Shown here: positions 8,659 to 18,826 of the stretch, piece by piece
Layout of the letters: each line of letters starts with the position of its first letter
How positions within the stretch are numbered: the first letter of the stretch is position 1
Origin: a virus
DNA: 64,000 nucleotides
Virus record (IMG/VR): IMGVR_UViG_3300019926_000010
Span: 873 to 64,872 of that record
Strand: one strand, 5' to 3'
Program-made: the position numbers and the translations under genes
Notes under the pieces: generated by a model
Told to the model about the DNA's origin: nothing
Seen by the model: the letters and a program-made list of their open reading frames with translations, nothing else
The model's database searches: none

Positions 8659-10743
8659 ATGGCAAAGCTTGAACTAAGCGTCGATAACCGCTCTCTCAAG
8701 CGCACTACCTCGAATGTTGAGGATGCGATTGAGGATGCACTCTCTGATGCCGCTGGAGATGTCATGGACAACGCCATTGACATCGGTAAACAGCACATCA
8801 AGGACAAAGAGGCGGTGTGGCGCTACGAAGTCCTCGGTAAGACGATGCACGCGGACTTCGACTATACCGAGCTTACGAAAGCCGAGAAGTACACGATCTG
8901 GAACTCGTCACGTCACGCAGGCATCGTTGATGAAGGTGCTGAGTTTGATGGTCTACCGAACTATACACGGCTGATCCCGTGGGTTCTGGACAATCTAAAC
9001 GACTGGCATCCGTTCGATTACGACGGTGATGATGGTGATGATGGAGACAGTTCTGTTGACGTTGATCCTGGTGAAGGACTCGACGCAATTGCCTCACAGA
9101 TCGGCACAGTAACCGAGGAACAGGAGGAAGAAGGTGGCTATGTTCATGGCTCGGATTTTATCATGGAAAGTTCACCGTATGATTCCTCGCTATTCGGTGT
9201 GTATACCAACGGGAAGGTGGGCAACCGCACTCCCGCCACCTACGATATAGGTCAGGCTGTCAACTATCGGAACACGAAAGATAGACAGGCACAATACCTG
9301 GAAGGCTACTGGACTCACGTTGCACTCGCTGACGGTGACAGGAAGGAGTTTCTTTCCCAGCTTCGTGATCGGTTCGGTGATGATGACGTTGATTCAGTGA
9401 TCGGGGCTATAGACGGGTGGAAGAACTCTACAGATAGCGCCGAAGCACGGTTCCTCGAAAAGTTGGCACGGGGTAACTACGATATAGAAGCTCCACTTCG
9501 GAACAGCCAACACTCAGTTGATGATCCAACTGAAGGTGAACTTGCGGTGTACCACGAGATGGTCGCCGCGTCTCAAGAGTTCATCAATATCCACTACGCC
9601 GATAACAAGGGCAAGGTCACCGCCTATCGGGGGATGGACGATGAACAGACCAACCAGTTGGCGGCGGAGATGTTCAATAATCCCGAAGCTGACCGGTGGC
9701 AGTTCCAAGATTCTGTTGCCCAGTCCTACACGTTAAGTGAGGATATTGGAGACGAGTTCAGTCAGGGGGTTGAGGTTGAGGTTTCGTTCGACGTGGACGA
9801 TCACCTTCTCGATGCGCCTGACTTCATCTTGGAAACGAACGACGAAGGAGAGATTCACCTCGTCGGCGGTGCGCGGTCCTTCTCGCGTGAACAGATCGAG
9901 TTTAACGGGATTGATCCCGACGTTCTTCTGAGCGGAGACATTTCAAAGTTCAGAACGGACGAACACAACGCGATGCACGACATCGTTGACTCGATCTACA
10001 AAGAAGAAGGACTAATCAGTGACCCCGAAATGAGTCAGCGCCTTACTGACTGGGCCGCTGAGTATAGAAGAGACATTGGTGACGATTCCGACATCGAGGA
10101 TAAGATCGACGCGATCACCGTCAACCCCTACCCCGACACTGACGATTCCGAGCTTAGTTTTTCTGATGTCACTTCCGATAACATTTATGATGTTTTGGAA
10201 GATGGCGACCTCTTAGAAACTGAGTTCGGTTACTTCAAAGTTATTGACTCCGAAGTAGTTTCTGTTGGGTGGCAGGGGGAAGAGAAATACGCCATTCAGC
10301 CCATTGGTGGGCAACTGAAGATGTTTAACCAATCTCGAACAGACGAGAACGGTGATCCGATTATCTTAGGAACGGTTACTCCAACATATGCCCGACCGAA
10401 AACGGATGATCCTGTATTCGGAATCTGGCAAGAACATCTTGACAGTGGTGGTTCCATAACTCACGTCTATCATAAATCCGACGCTCCACCAGAAATTGAG
10501 ACAAATTACACCGATAGTGATACCATCTATGATACATCTTGGATGGAGGAAATGATCGGTGGAACATTTCTGGTTCAACTCTCTGATGGAACAGTAGTTC
10601 TTGCCGATCTCCACGAAGGAAGCAACGGATGGGAGTTTGTAAAGGTTGAAGGTAGTAATGCCTACGACTGGTATCCTCCTAATTCAGACGGAACGAGCGA
10701 CAGTGACGTGATGATACTCGGCTTGCCGAACGAGGCTAACTGA
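8659..10743 (+). CDS. Neck/tail-completion protein (HK97 gp10-like N-terminus) fused to an ADP-ribosyltransferase-like domain
   Basis: N-terminus has NSSRHAGIVDEG...LIPWV; central region has AYRG / SYT / EGE (R-S-E type ART motifs). Confidence 0.6.
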   Translation: MAKLELSVDNRSLKRTTSNVEDAIEDALSDAAGDVMDNAIDIGKQHIKDKEAVWRYEVLGKTMHADFDYTELTKAEKYTIWNSSRHAGIVDEGAEFDGLPNYTRLIPWVLDNLNDWHPFDYDGDDGDDGDSSVDVDPGEGLDAIASQIGTVTEEQEEEGGYVHGSDFIMESSPYDSSLFGVYTNGKVGNRTPATYDIGQAVNYRNTKDRQAQYLEGYWTHVALADGDRKEFLSQLRDRFGDDDVDSVIGAIDGWKNSTDSAEARFLEKLARGNYDIEAPLRNSQHSVDDPTEGELAVYHEMVAASQEFINIHYADNKGKVTAYRGMDDEQTNQLAAEMFNNPEADRWQFQDSVAQSYTLSEDIGDEFSQGVEVEVSFDVDDHLLDAPDFILETNDEGEIHLVGGARSFSREQIEFNGIDPDVLLSGDISKFRTDEHNAMHDIVDSIYKEEGLISDPEMSQRLTDWAAEYRRDIGDDSDIEDKIDAITVNPYPDTDDSELSFSDVTSDNIYDVLEDGDLLETEFGYFKVIDSEVVSVGWQGEEKYAIQPIGGQLKMFNQSRTDENGDPIILGTVTPTYARPKTDDPVFGIWQEHLDSGGSITHVYHKSDAPPEIETNYTDSDTIYDTSWMEEMIGGTFLVQLSDGTVVLADLHEGSNGWEFVKVEGSNAYDWYPPNSDGTSDSDVMILGLPNEAN

Positions 10744-10744
10744 T

Positions 10745-10933
10745 ATGACTTCTTTCGATCAACTAAGTGAGGAAGAGCAGTACAAGGTGTACTGGCTGGC
10801 CCAACATCTTGCGAAAGAAGGAATTGACGGGATTCACTTCACAGACGAGATGCGTGCGTATCTGGAGAGCGGTGAAGCGGAGAACGATCTCGAAAAGAAA
10901 GCAAACGCGAAATTAAACGGACGGCAGTTCTAA
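10745..10933 (+). CDS. Small acidic protein (candidate immunity partner)
   Basis: 62 aa, tightly coupled downstream of the ART-like fusion; function is inferred. Confidence 0.5.
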   Translation: MTSFDQLSEEEQYKVYWLAQHLAKEGIDGIHFTDEMRAYLESGEAENDLEKKANAKLNGRQF

Positions 10934-11443
10934 ATGGAAAGATTAGACGTTGCGGAGACACTTCTAAATGAAGCAGAAGAGGCTGTTGACGTTACAGCAC
11001 GCACACGAGGTTCCGGTGACCACTCGACTCCTGTTGTCTTACTCTCTAAGGTTAATGCCTATCGACGGGCGAAAGGTAACTCTTCGAGAAACGGGCTTCG
11101 GGATACGGATGGAGACGGAGATCCTGAAGAAGTTCTGCTAAAACACATCTATGAAGCCTCCGCCACATTTGAGACACGTTCTGAAGACGAAGTAGAATCT
11201 TATCAGTTAGCACGCTCTCTGTACGAGCGGCTATCAGCCTACGAGGAATTTCCTGAACGGTTCCACTCGGGGCTAAATGACTTTTCGCTTGGGGAACTTA
11301 AGCAAGGCGGTTTCCAGGCACCGACGCCTGAGCCTGTCTACAAGCACACGTTCAGCATTAGCCTGGACTTCTCTGATGAAATTGCGTTTACCATCGAGAA
11401 CGGGCTGGTTGGCAGTTTCGATAACTCGATCTCTAACAACTAA
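10934..11443 (+). CDS. Tail terminator/completion protein
   Basis: Position immediately before the sheath gene and typical size. Confidence 0.55.
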   Translation: MERLDVAETLLNEAEEAVDVTARTRGSGDHSTPVVLLSKVNAYRRAKGNSSRNGLRDTDGDGDPEEVLLKHIYEASATFETRSEDEVESYQLARSLYERLSAYEEFPERFHSGLNDFSLGELKQGGFQAPTPEPVYKHTFSISLDFSDEIAFTIENGLVGSFDNSISNN

Positions 11444-11445
11444 CA

Positions 11446-12753
11446 ATGACTACTATTGGAAACGACATCATTCCGGGGATTCAGACGACGGTTGACACGG
11501 CGGACACGGTTGCCATTGCGCTTGGCTCTCCGACCGACGTAGCCCTCGTTGGTCCCGCTGATGAATCGGCTACTGATTATCCTGGTGCAAACGAGGTTCA
11601 GCGCCTCACCACGCCCAGTGACGCTCGAAATACGTTCGGTGAACCGGACAACTCGATGCTCACTCGGGCAATCTTCCAGGCGTTCGGTGAGGGTGCAAGC
11701 CCTGTCTACGCCGTCGCCGTCGAAAGTGCCGAGATTACCGGCGAAGATATTTCTGGAATCGGTTCGACTTCCGGAACTCTCGCTGAAGCACCTATCGCGG
11801 AAGACTCTACTGAAATTTCGATCAACGTTGATGGGACCGAGAAGTCGGTTACTATCACTGTTGACGACCCTTCGACCAAGACTCCCGGAGCAGACGAAGC
11901 GTTCGTCAATCCGGTCACTGGTGACTTTGAACTGGATGCGGCTCCGTCCACGTCCGGTGACGTGATCTACACGCACTACAACGAGATGAAGTACGCTTCC
12001 GCGTTCAAGGCAGTCGCGGAGCAGTACGGTGAGACGGTTGACTTCTTGGCTCCGGTTCAGGAAAACCTCGATGTCACCGCAAAGGCGCTCGCTGAAGTGA
12101 ATGACATGGAAGGCTTCTACGAGCTTGCGGTGGCTCTGTGTGGCCTTCCCGCTGACACCACCATCGAGGCTGACATGGCCGACGTGACGTGGGACGACTC
12201 CCGGCTTCAGGTTATCATGCCTGCGCGAGACGAAGATGGGAATAGCGCAATTGGTTCCTACGCTGGCCGTCGTTCCTCGCTTGGTATCGACGCTTCTGCG
12301 ATGGGTAAAGAACTCAACACGCAGGGTCGGATGTACCAGCGGATCTCGCTTCAGAACGAGCGCGATCTCGTTAACAACAACGTGGTCCCGATTCGGTCTT
12401 CGACTGACGGTGCCCGGATCGTTGACGACCCCACGACGGTCAACGACGATAACGCCGAGGAAGCCGGGATGCGCCAGGGCTTCGCTCGACTCGTCATGGA
12501 TCGTGTTATCAACATCGTCCAGACTGTCGAAACGCCGTTCATTGGCCGACTGAACGAAAAGGAAACCCGGAACGGCCTGGAGAACCTGCTTAACGAGGAA
12601 CTTACTGATCTCCTCAAATCGAGCGCCATCGAGGGATACAGTGTTTCCATCGAGGAAAAAGACGCCATGTCCGCTCGGGTTGACGTGAGTGCCGATACCA
12701 CGGACCCCCTCCGGAACATCTACAACAACGTCCTGGCTGGCGAGGCCAACTAA
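11446..12753 (+). CDS. Tail sheath protein
   Basis: IIPGIQT N-terminus, VALVG, and C-terminal RLVMDRVI...RNGLENLLNEEL...VDVS pattern typical of sheath proteins. Confidence 0.9.
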   Translation: MTTIGNDIIPGIQTTVDTADTVAIALGSPTDVALVGPADESATDYPGANEVQRLTTPSDARNTFGEPDNSMLTRAIFQAFGEGASPVYAVAVESAEITGEDISGIGSTSGTLAEAPIAEDSTEISINVDGTEKSVTITVDDPSTKTPGADEAFVNPVTGDFELDAAPSTSGDVIYTHYNEMKYASAFKAVAEQYGETVDFLAPVQENLDVTAKALAEVNDMEGFYELAVALCGLPADTTIEADMADVTWDDSRLQVIMPARDEDGNSAIGSYAGRRSSLGIDASAMGKELNTQGRMYQRISLQNERDLVNNNVVPIRSSTDGARIVDDPTTVNDDNAEEAGMRQGFARLVMDRVINIVQTVETPFIGRLNEKETRNGLENLLNEELTDLLKSSAIEGYSVSIEEKDAMSARVDVSADTTDPLRNIYNNVLAGEAN

Positions 12754-12785
12754 CGGGCATTAAACAACTCTACTATTGATTTACA

Positions 12786-13217
12786 ATGACTGAAACTGAA
12801 GACCGCGGAAGTGTCGCAGGTGACGCTGAGGTTACTGGCAACATCACTCTTGAAGTCTCTTGGGAGACGAGCGATGGTGCCAAGCAGTCTGCAACCTATA
12901 CGATCAAGTCGCTGGACACCAGCAAGGAGATCGAGCTTGCGGAGATCCGTGGCAACAACATCAAACTCGAATCGAGCGCGACTACGGCAATCGACTATTC
13001 CGGGTCGCTGACTTTCCACGGTGACAAGAAGTCGTACTTTGACGACAAGCTGTTCAACGACGACGACACGCCTCGTGAGTGTACGCTGACTATCACCCAC
13101 AGTAACGGTGAAAACTCCGGTTACACTGGAGTGAAGATGACCTCTCAGGGTTACACCGCCGACGAAGGAGAGGCAACCGAGACATCCTACGACTGGATGG
13201 CTCACGACGAGCTGTAG
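12786..13217 (+). CDS. Tail tube protein
   Basis: 143-aa beta-rich protein directly after the sheath gene. Confidence 0.75.
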   Translation: MTETEDRGSVAGDAEVTGNITLEVSWETSDGAKQSATYTIKSLDTSKEIELAEIRGNNIKLESSATTAIDYSGSLTFHGDKKSYFDDKLFNDDDTPRECTLTITHSNGENSGYTGVKMTSQGYTADEGEATETSYDWMAHDEL

Positions 13218-13320
13218 AGAGGATTTCCCTCCCTTCTCGTTGATTTCGACATTTTAGTACAGACAGATAATCGCGTTGCTCTACTCGCTACCCTAATTTC
13301 GCTTACCTTTACCTACAACA

Positions 13321-13797
13321 ATGAGTGACGCAGTTGACAACGAGAGTACGGACAGTAACGAAATCGAAAGTATCCCGAAGTTCAAGCGCATGGTCCTCCG
13401 TGGAACCGATTACCGTGAGGAGTATGAGTTCGAGATTTTCGATGATGCCATGACCATCGAGATCAAGCCTCTTTCCGACGATCAGTACACGACGCTTCTG
13501 GAGCAGATGGAAGAGGACATTGACGATGCGAAGTTCCAGCGGATCATGGCCGAGGCCGACGGGAAGTCTGCTGACGAAGCAGAAGAAGAGTTCGACGTTG
13601 GCTTCGTGAAGGCAATGCAGACTGCGGCCAAGCTCGGCATCGACCCCGAGTCCGTGGGCCTCGAACAGTCCGAGGTTGCGAACATGGTGGACAAGATGGT
13701 CGGCGGACAGTCCATCCAAATTGGTCGAGAGGTGATGGAAATTACCTCGAACGTCTCCGCGGCAAAAGAATTTCCGGGAGCGCGGGGCGGCGACTGA
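13321..13797 (+). CDS. Tail assembly chaperone
   Basis: Lies between tube and tape-measure genes and is followed by an overlapping +1 frame. Confidence 0.75.
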   Translation: MSDAVDNESTDSNEIESIPKFKRMVLRGTDYREEYEFEIFDDAMTIEIKPLSDDQYTTLLEQMEEDIDDAKFQRIMAEADGKSADEAEEEFDVGFVKAMQTAAKLGIDPESVGLEQSEVANMVDKMVGGQSIQIGREVMEITSNVSAAKEFPGARGGD

Positions 13798-14089
13798 AGT
13801 TTGGATTCTGAGTAAGGCCGGTTCGGTTCTCGCTGAGAATCAACTTGACCTAACACCGCTACAGAAGCAGGTTCTCGTTCAGGGCTTTCAGGAGATCAAG
13901 AAGCAGGAGATGGAGTCCCAGCAGAGTATGCTTGGAGGCGGTTCTGGTGGCGGTGGTCCGACCTCTGGTTCCGTCAAGAACGGGGCGGCCCGTGGTGGAA
14001 AGTCAGGAGTTGAACGCAAAGTCGAAGAAGAGTCCTTCGTCAATCCCGGCGCGACGGACCCTCTCGAACACGTAGATGAGGAAGCATGA
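13772..14089 (+). CDS. +1 frameshift extension of the tail chaperone
   Basis: Open +1 frame from about 13736 to TGA at 14089 with no ATG in its first half; candidate shift site GAA TTT CCG at 13768-13776; the stop overlaps the tape-measure ATG. Confidence 0.7.
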   Translation, partial: FRERGAATEVWILSKAGSVLAENQLDLTPLQKQVLVQGFQEIKKQEMESQQSMLGGGSGGGGPTSGSVKNGAARGGKSGVERKVEEESFVNPGATDPLEHVDEEA

Positions 14090-17000
14090 CAGTCCAAATT
14101 GACGTAGAACTTAACGAGCAGTGGCGCGACGATCTGGCTGAACTCAAGACTGAGTTTCAGTCGATGGACGGTGACGAGGTTGACCTCGACGCCAACATTC
14201 GACCTGCCCAGCGCGAGATCGCTGAACTTCGCACTGACCTTTCTGCTCTCACAGATAAAGAACACAAGGTCAAAGTTGATGTTGATAAATCTCAGTTTGA
14301 TGAGAAGATCAAGTCGATTAAAAATCTTCAATTAGATGATCCTGATATTGACCTTGGTGACGTTGGTGACGTTGATGGTTCAATCAGTATCACCAGCGAC
14401 ATTGACGAAGACGATCCTCTAATTTCCGCCCTTCTTGACGATGAAAGCGAACTTTCTACCGATGGTACAGTTCGGTGGACTTCTCGTGGTGGCTATGGTC
14501 CCTCAAGCGGATCGGGTGTAATTCACTGGGATTCCGATGTCGATACAACTGATCTAATCCAGGAACTTGAAAAGGCTAAGAAGGAAGCCAAAGCCGCTGG
14601 TGCAACCGAAATAGACTATAAACTCACTCCCGAAGATGGAAAGTCATCTAAGTTTCTTGACGCTATAACGGATGATCGTAAATCTTCAACGACTAATCGA
14701 ACCCACAATTACGAAGAATACACTAATTACACCAGTCGGGTTGACCACGCCGCCTTTGAAGATGCTAAAGAGGAAGTTGAAAAGCTCAAACAGGGCTTCA
14801 AAAAGAACGGCCTAAACAAGATCACCACGGAGTTCTGTGTTGAGCGGTGTGACAACTGGAAGGAAAACCTCCAGAACATCTACAAGGATCTTGATGCCCT
14901 CCAAGAGTGGCAGGACGAGAACGGAGAGATCAAGATTTCGCTCGCCGGTAACCTCGATGAAATCGAAGATACTCTTGACCAGCTTGAAGAAAGCGGCTTC
15001 GAGCCTCGCGCTGGGGGAGACGAAACCGAAGTAGAGCGGATGAACCGGAGGGCAAACTCCGGTGGAACCGAGTCGCAATGGGAGATGGTCAAGGAACACC
15101 TCGGGATCGAGGATGATGATGGTTCCGGTGGTGGAGACTCAGACGGTCCCAGTAAACCCGGTTGGACTCGTGAAGACCGGAAGTGGATGGGTGGCGGAAT
15201 TAGTAACGCTATCGTCACCGAGGCCAGCGGTCAGTTAGATCGACTGGATAACACTCTCGATTCGCTTGGTATTGAGGGTTCAGTAGAGGGTGATCGGTTC
15301 ACTCCACAGGACATCTCTGTTACAACCGCGATGGAAGATAGGGCGATCCACTCCCTTCACGGCGAATCCGTTGCTAATTCCCCTGCGGCAAATCTCCATC
15401 GAAAAAGCGACGAAGTTCAGGAAACCGCCCAACGGCAGGCGTTTTCTGACATCGTTCGTGAGTACGACAAAAACGTTGGTAACTCCTATAGTGGTCGAGA
15501 TTACAGTGACCACGGAGAATTTGATCCGTTCAGAAATCAGGGGATCACCAAGGGAAGCTCGGGGAAGATGTGGGCAACCCCGGATGCCATTGGAAATACG
15601 TTAGACAAAGAACACGGAACGAATCCCTTCACTTCTCGTGAGAGGGCATTTCTTAGCAGGTTCGGTGTTGACATGAAGTCGTCGGGATTCTTTGGTTCTG
15701 ATGATGATTCTTCGATGGCTGATTGGTTTAGGTCAGTCAGCATCCGGAGAACTGGTCCCGGTGGATTAGGTCAGTTCTCTGCTAACGCCAATCGGTTTAA
15801 AAGAAGTGGCACGTCGAACTGGGGAAGTATCCTCGGTTTCAGTGGCTTACCTGGATTCGATAGTGACACTGGCAAGCAGAAAGCCAGCGGTATGGGTGCA
15901 TTGAAGAAGCTGATGCCGACGATGGCTAAATACTGGCAGTTCCTTGCTCTGCTGTCCCCGATGCTGATTACTCTGGCCGCGAACGCGGCTGGGGTTGCGG
16001 CGGCTATGGGTTCCATTGCTGTCGCAGGCGGTGCAGTTGTGGGTCTTGGCCTTCTCGGGTTTGGGAGTAATCTCAATGACTCTCTTGCGAAGGCACAGAA
16101 GAAACTCAAGACCTTCAAGAAAGAGATGTTCGGTGCGTTCCAGTCCACCTTCCAAGCGTTTTCACCGTTCACTGAAGGCTTCCTGACAACGGCACCCATG
16201 CGCGTGGGTCCACTCGCTGAGTCTTTGAAAGGACTCACTGAGTTCATGCCAACGTTCAACAACGCCTTTGATGGCGTCATTAGCTGGGCGGCTGAGTTCA
16301 TTGATCTCGTCGTCAAGATGCAACCGATGCTATCCCAGCTTGGGATGCGGTTCGGGAAGATCATCGGTGACATCATGCTGAAAGCGTTCCAGTGGCTCAC
16401 CGAGACGGCTTATAAAAATCAGGACGTGATGATTGCTGTCGGTGAGGCGATCTACAACATCATCACTGTCCTTTATCAGGTCGCTCAGGTGATGACGTAC
16501 CTCGTTGCGATCTTCTCTCCGTTGATCTGGATGTTCAAGACGTTCGCGTCGTTCATCTCGGAAAGATGGGTTGCCGCAATGATTGCAGGCGCGATGGCCG
16601 TTTACGGAATTGCGACCGCGGTTGGTGTCTTGTCGGGCGCGTTCTCGACTATGATGGCAACCAGCTTCTCCTCGATGGCCTCTTCGATTGCCTCCTTCGC
16701 GGCGACCGCAATCACGTCGTTCCTTGCGGCGGCTGAGGCGCTTGCTGTGCTGATTGCTGGTGAGGCTACCCTCATGGCGATGACCGGTGCTGGACTCGCT
16801 CTCGTCGCCGCTGGCGTCACCGCAGGGTACATGGCATACAACGCTATCGCTCCCTCCGGAATGTCGTCCAGCCTCGGGGGTGGCAGTGGTGCCGCTCCTG
16901 GTATCGGTGGTGGCGTCGGTGGTGGTGGCGGCAGTAGCGGTTACGAACCCGGAAACGGGATGGCTGGCGGAAAGACGGTTATCAACGTCAAGGGAGACAT

Positions 17001-17094
17001 CACGAAGGCGACGATCTCGGACGTTGAGGATGCTGTGAGCAAGGAGTACCAGAGTGAAACGACTATCGAATCAGAACGAAATTCCGGTGAATAA
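14086..17094 (+). CDS. Tape measure protein
   Basis: 1002 aa after the chaperone; Ala/Gly-rich hydrophobic C-terminal half. Confidence 0.85.
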   Translation: MTVQIDVELNEQWRDDLAELKTEFQSMDGDEVDLDANIRPAQREIAELRTDLSALTDKEHKVKVDVDKSQFDEKIKSIKNLQLDDPDIDLGDVGDVDGSISITSDIDEDDPLISALLDDESELSTDGTVRWTSRGGYGPSSGSGVIHWDSDVDTTDLIQELEKAKKEAKAAGATEIDYKLTPEDGKSSKFLDAITDDRKSSTTNRTHNYEEYTNYTSRVDHAAFEDAKEEVEKLKQGFKKNGLNKITTEFCVERCDNWKENLQNIYKDLDALQEWQDENGEIKISLAGNLDEIEDTLDQLEESGFEPRAGGDETEVERMNRRANSGGTESQWEMVKEHLGIEDDDGSGGGDSDGPSKPGWTREDRKWMGGGISNAIVTEASGQLDRLDNTLDSLGIEGSVEGDRFTPQDISVTTAMEDRAIHSLHGESVANSPAANLHRKSDEVQETAQRQAFSDIVREYDKNVGNSYSGRDYSDHGEFDPFRNQGITKGSSGKMWATPDAIGNTLDKEHGTNPFTSRERAFLSRFGVDMKSSGFFGSDDDSSMADWFRSVSIRRTGPGGLGQFSANANRFKRSGTSNWGSILGFSGLPGFDSDTGKQKASGMGALKKLMPTMAKYWQFLALLSPMLITLAANAAGVAAAMGSIAVAGGAVVGLGLLGFGSNLNDSLAKAQKKLKTFKKEMFGAFQSTFQAFSPFTEGFLTTAPMRVGPLAESLKGLTEFMPTFNNAFDGVISWAAEFIDLVVKMQPMLSQLGMRFGKIIGDIMLKAFQWLTETAYKNQDVMIAVGEAIYNIITVLYQVAQVMTYLVAIFSPLIWMFKTFASFISERWVAAMIAGAMAVYGIATAVGVLSGAFSTMMATSFSSMASSIASFAATAITSFLAAAEALAVLIAGEATLMAMTGAGLALVAAGVTAGYMAYNAIAPSGMSSSLGGGSGAAPGIGGGVGGGGGSSGYEPGNGMAGGKTVINVKGDITKATISDVEDAVSKEYQSETTIESERNSGE

Positions 17095-17519
17095 TGGCTG
17101 AATCTCCACTAAACGAACTACCTGACTTTTCTCTTACTTCAGATAAGGTCGATTTCGAGCCTGAGTATTACCCTGAACGGGTGAAACCAAGTAAGGAGCG
17201 GAATATTAATCGAGAAGACGAAATCTGTGAAGGAGAGCAGGTAACCGATAACGGCGGAAAGAATCACGATCTACACGTTCGTGGGTATCTTCTTCAGTCC
17301 GAAAAATCAACGTTTTGGGAAACTCTTGATGCCGGTGTTGAGTTTCAGCTTGTTGCAATGCCCTGGTCCGGCTATGTCTACGTGAAGTCCGGAAAACTCG
17401 AAGGACCAATTGGAGTCGATAACGTCGAACGGCAGTGGGTCTACGAATATACCATCAAGTTCGTTGCATCGGGTAGTGAAACCGGAAACAACAATGGCAT
17501 TGTCCAGGCCGCAGAATGA
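17094..17519 (+). CDS. Baseplate/tail-tube initiator-like protein
   Basis: Position between tape measure and hub genes. Confidence 0.5.
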   Translation: MAESPLNELPDFSLTSDKVDFEPEYYPERVKPSKERNINREDEICEGEQVTDNGGKNHDLHVRGYLLQSEKSTFWETLDAGVEFQLVAMPWSGYVYVKSGKLEGPIGVDNVERQWVYEYTIKFVASGSETGNNNGIVQAAE

Positions 17520-18826
17520 GTTGCGATCTCTCTAATATTATCGTCCACTTTATCGAGTCTGGAATAAAAGTTCGGCCTCTCTCACTGGATATTCGGAAAT
17601 CTCGAAGGACCGATAATGACTTCGATCACGTTCAAGCGACTCTGAAGAAAATCTCCGGTCAACACGTTCGGGATAACAATATCCACAAGGAACCGGTGGA
17701 GATTATCGGTGACGAAGACGGGAACAATATCTATCGAGGATATTATAAAACGGATGGAGTAACTGTCGCAGAGAATGAGGCTATACTGAAAATAAACGAC
17801 CCCAGGAAGATCCTCCAAGAAGGGACAATTGATAAAGAGTGGGGCAGGATCTCTCTGAAAAACGTTGTTGACTATATCTTCAAACGAAGAAACGATCCCC
17901 ACAACGTCCTTCGCTCTTTCAAGCTCGCAGAATCGAGCCTGGACACTACGAAGCTACAACACACCGACGATCTCGCTTCCGGGGCTGGGAATAAGAGAAC
18001 ACCTGAAACAACTTCAAAACTCAGTGACGCTTTCGTTGATTTCCGGGCTGATATATCTCCGTTCGGTGACGGTGACGGAAATTTCGACTTCCGAGAAGAA
18101 TCTCCATATTCCGCCCTTGCTGAAGTAGCAGATATTTGGGAAACCCAGTTTTGGGTCGATCAAGATGGAACTCTGATTATCGGCCATCCCGACGTTACAG
18201 CAACGGTCTACGGTGCTGGTCAGGGTCCAGATAACTGGCATATTAGTGAATGGAACCTCCCCAAGAATCCAACCCCACTGAAAGGTGTTGTTGTGAAGGG
18301 AAAGATGGACCAGAAAGGTGGCAAGGATAACGCACTCGAAGAATTGTGGAACGTCGTCACCAATAAGAAAAAGTTCCAAACTCGGGCGGCGGCTGGCTTT
18401 CTTGACGATGACAGTCTCGAAGAAACGATTGTTCTTGATGGGAAGAAAAACACAACTGATCCCAAAGTTCTGAAACGAATGGCTCGATCAGCCTTTATGG
18501 AACACCACACCAAACAAAATAGAGGTTCAGTTATCATCAATACGATGGTTGACAACAAAATCCCCCAATCGCAGTACGCTGGTGTAGATATTGGGGATAA
18601 ATTGTTAGTCAACAACTTCCAGGCTGATTGTAACAAACTCCAATCCGGAGTGTACGACATCCATGAAATTCAGCACGACATTACTGGTTCAGATGGGTGG
18701 ACGATTACACTTAATGTAAGCCAAGCAATCACTAATGCTAATGCTGTAAAAAGTCGGTTCTGGTACTTCGATCCGACCGATTCTGATATGAACCAGGATT
18801 CGCCCTTCATTGGGCTACAAGTATAA
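17516..18826 (+). CDS. Baseplate hub protein (P2 gpD / Mu gp44-like)
   Basis: ESPYSALAEVADIWETQFWVDQDGTLIIG motif and the late ...YDIHEIQHDI...GWTITLNV segment. Confidence 0.75.
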   Translation: MSCDLSNIIVHFIESGIKVRPLSLDIRKSRRTDNDFDHVQATLKKISGQHVRDNNIHKEPVEIIGDEDGNNIYRGYYKTDGVTVAENEAILKINDPRKILQEGTIDKEWGRISLKNVVDYIFKRRNDPHNVLRSFKLAESSLDTTKLQHTDDLASGAGNKRTPETTSKLSDAFVDFRADISPFGDGDGNFDFREESPYSALAEVADIWETQFWVDQDGTLIIGHPDVTATVYGAGQGPDNWHISEWNLPKNPTPLKGVVVKGKMDQKGGKDNALEELWNVVTNKKKFQTRAAAGFLDDDSLEETIVLDGKKNTTDPKVLKRMARSAFMEHHTKQNRGSVIINTMVDNKIPQSQYAGVDIGDKLLVNNFQADCNKLQSGVYDIHEIQHDITGSDGWTITLNVSQAITNANAVKSRFWYFDPTDSDMNQDSPFIGLQV

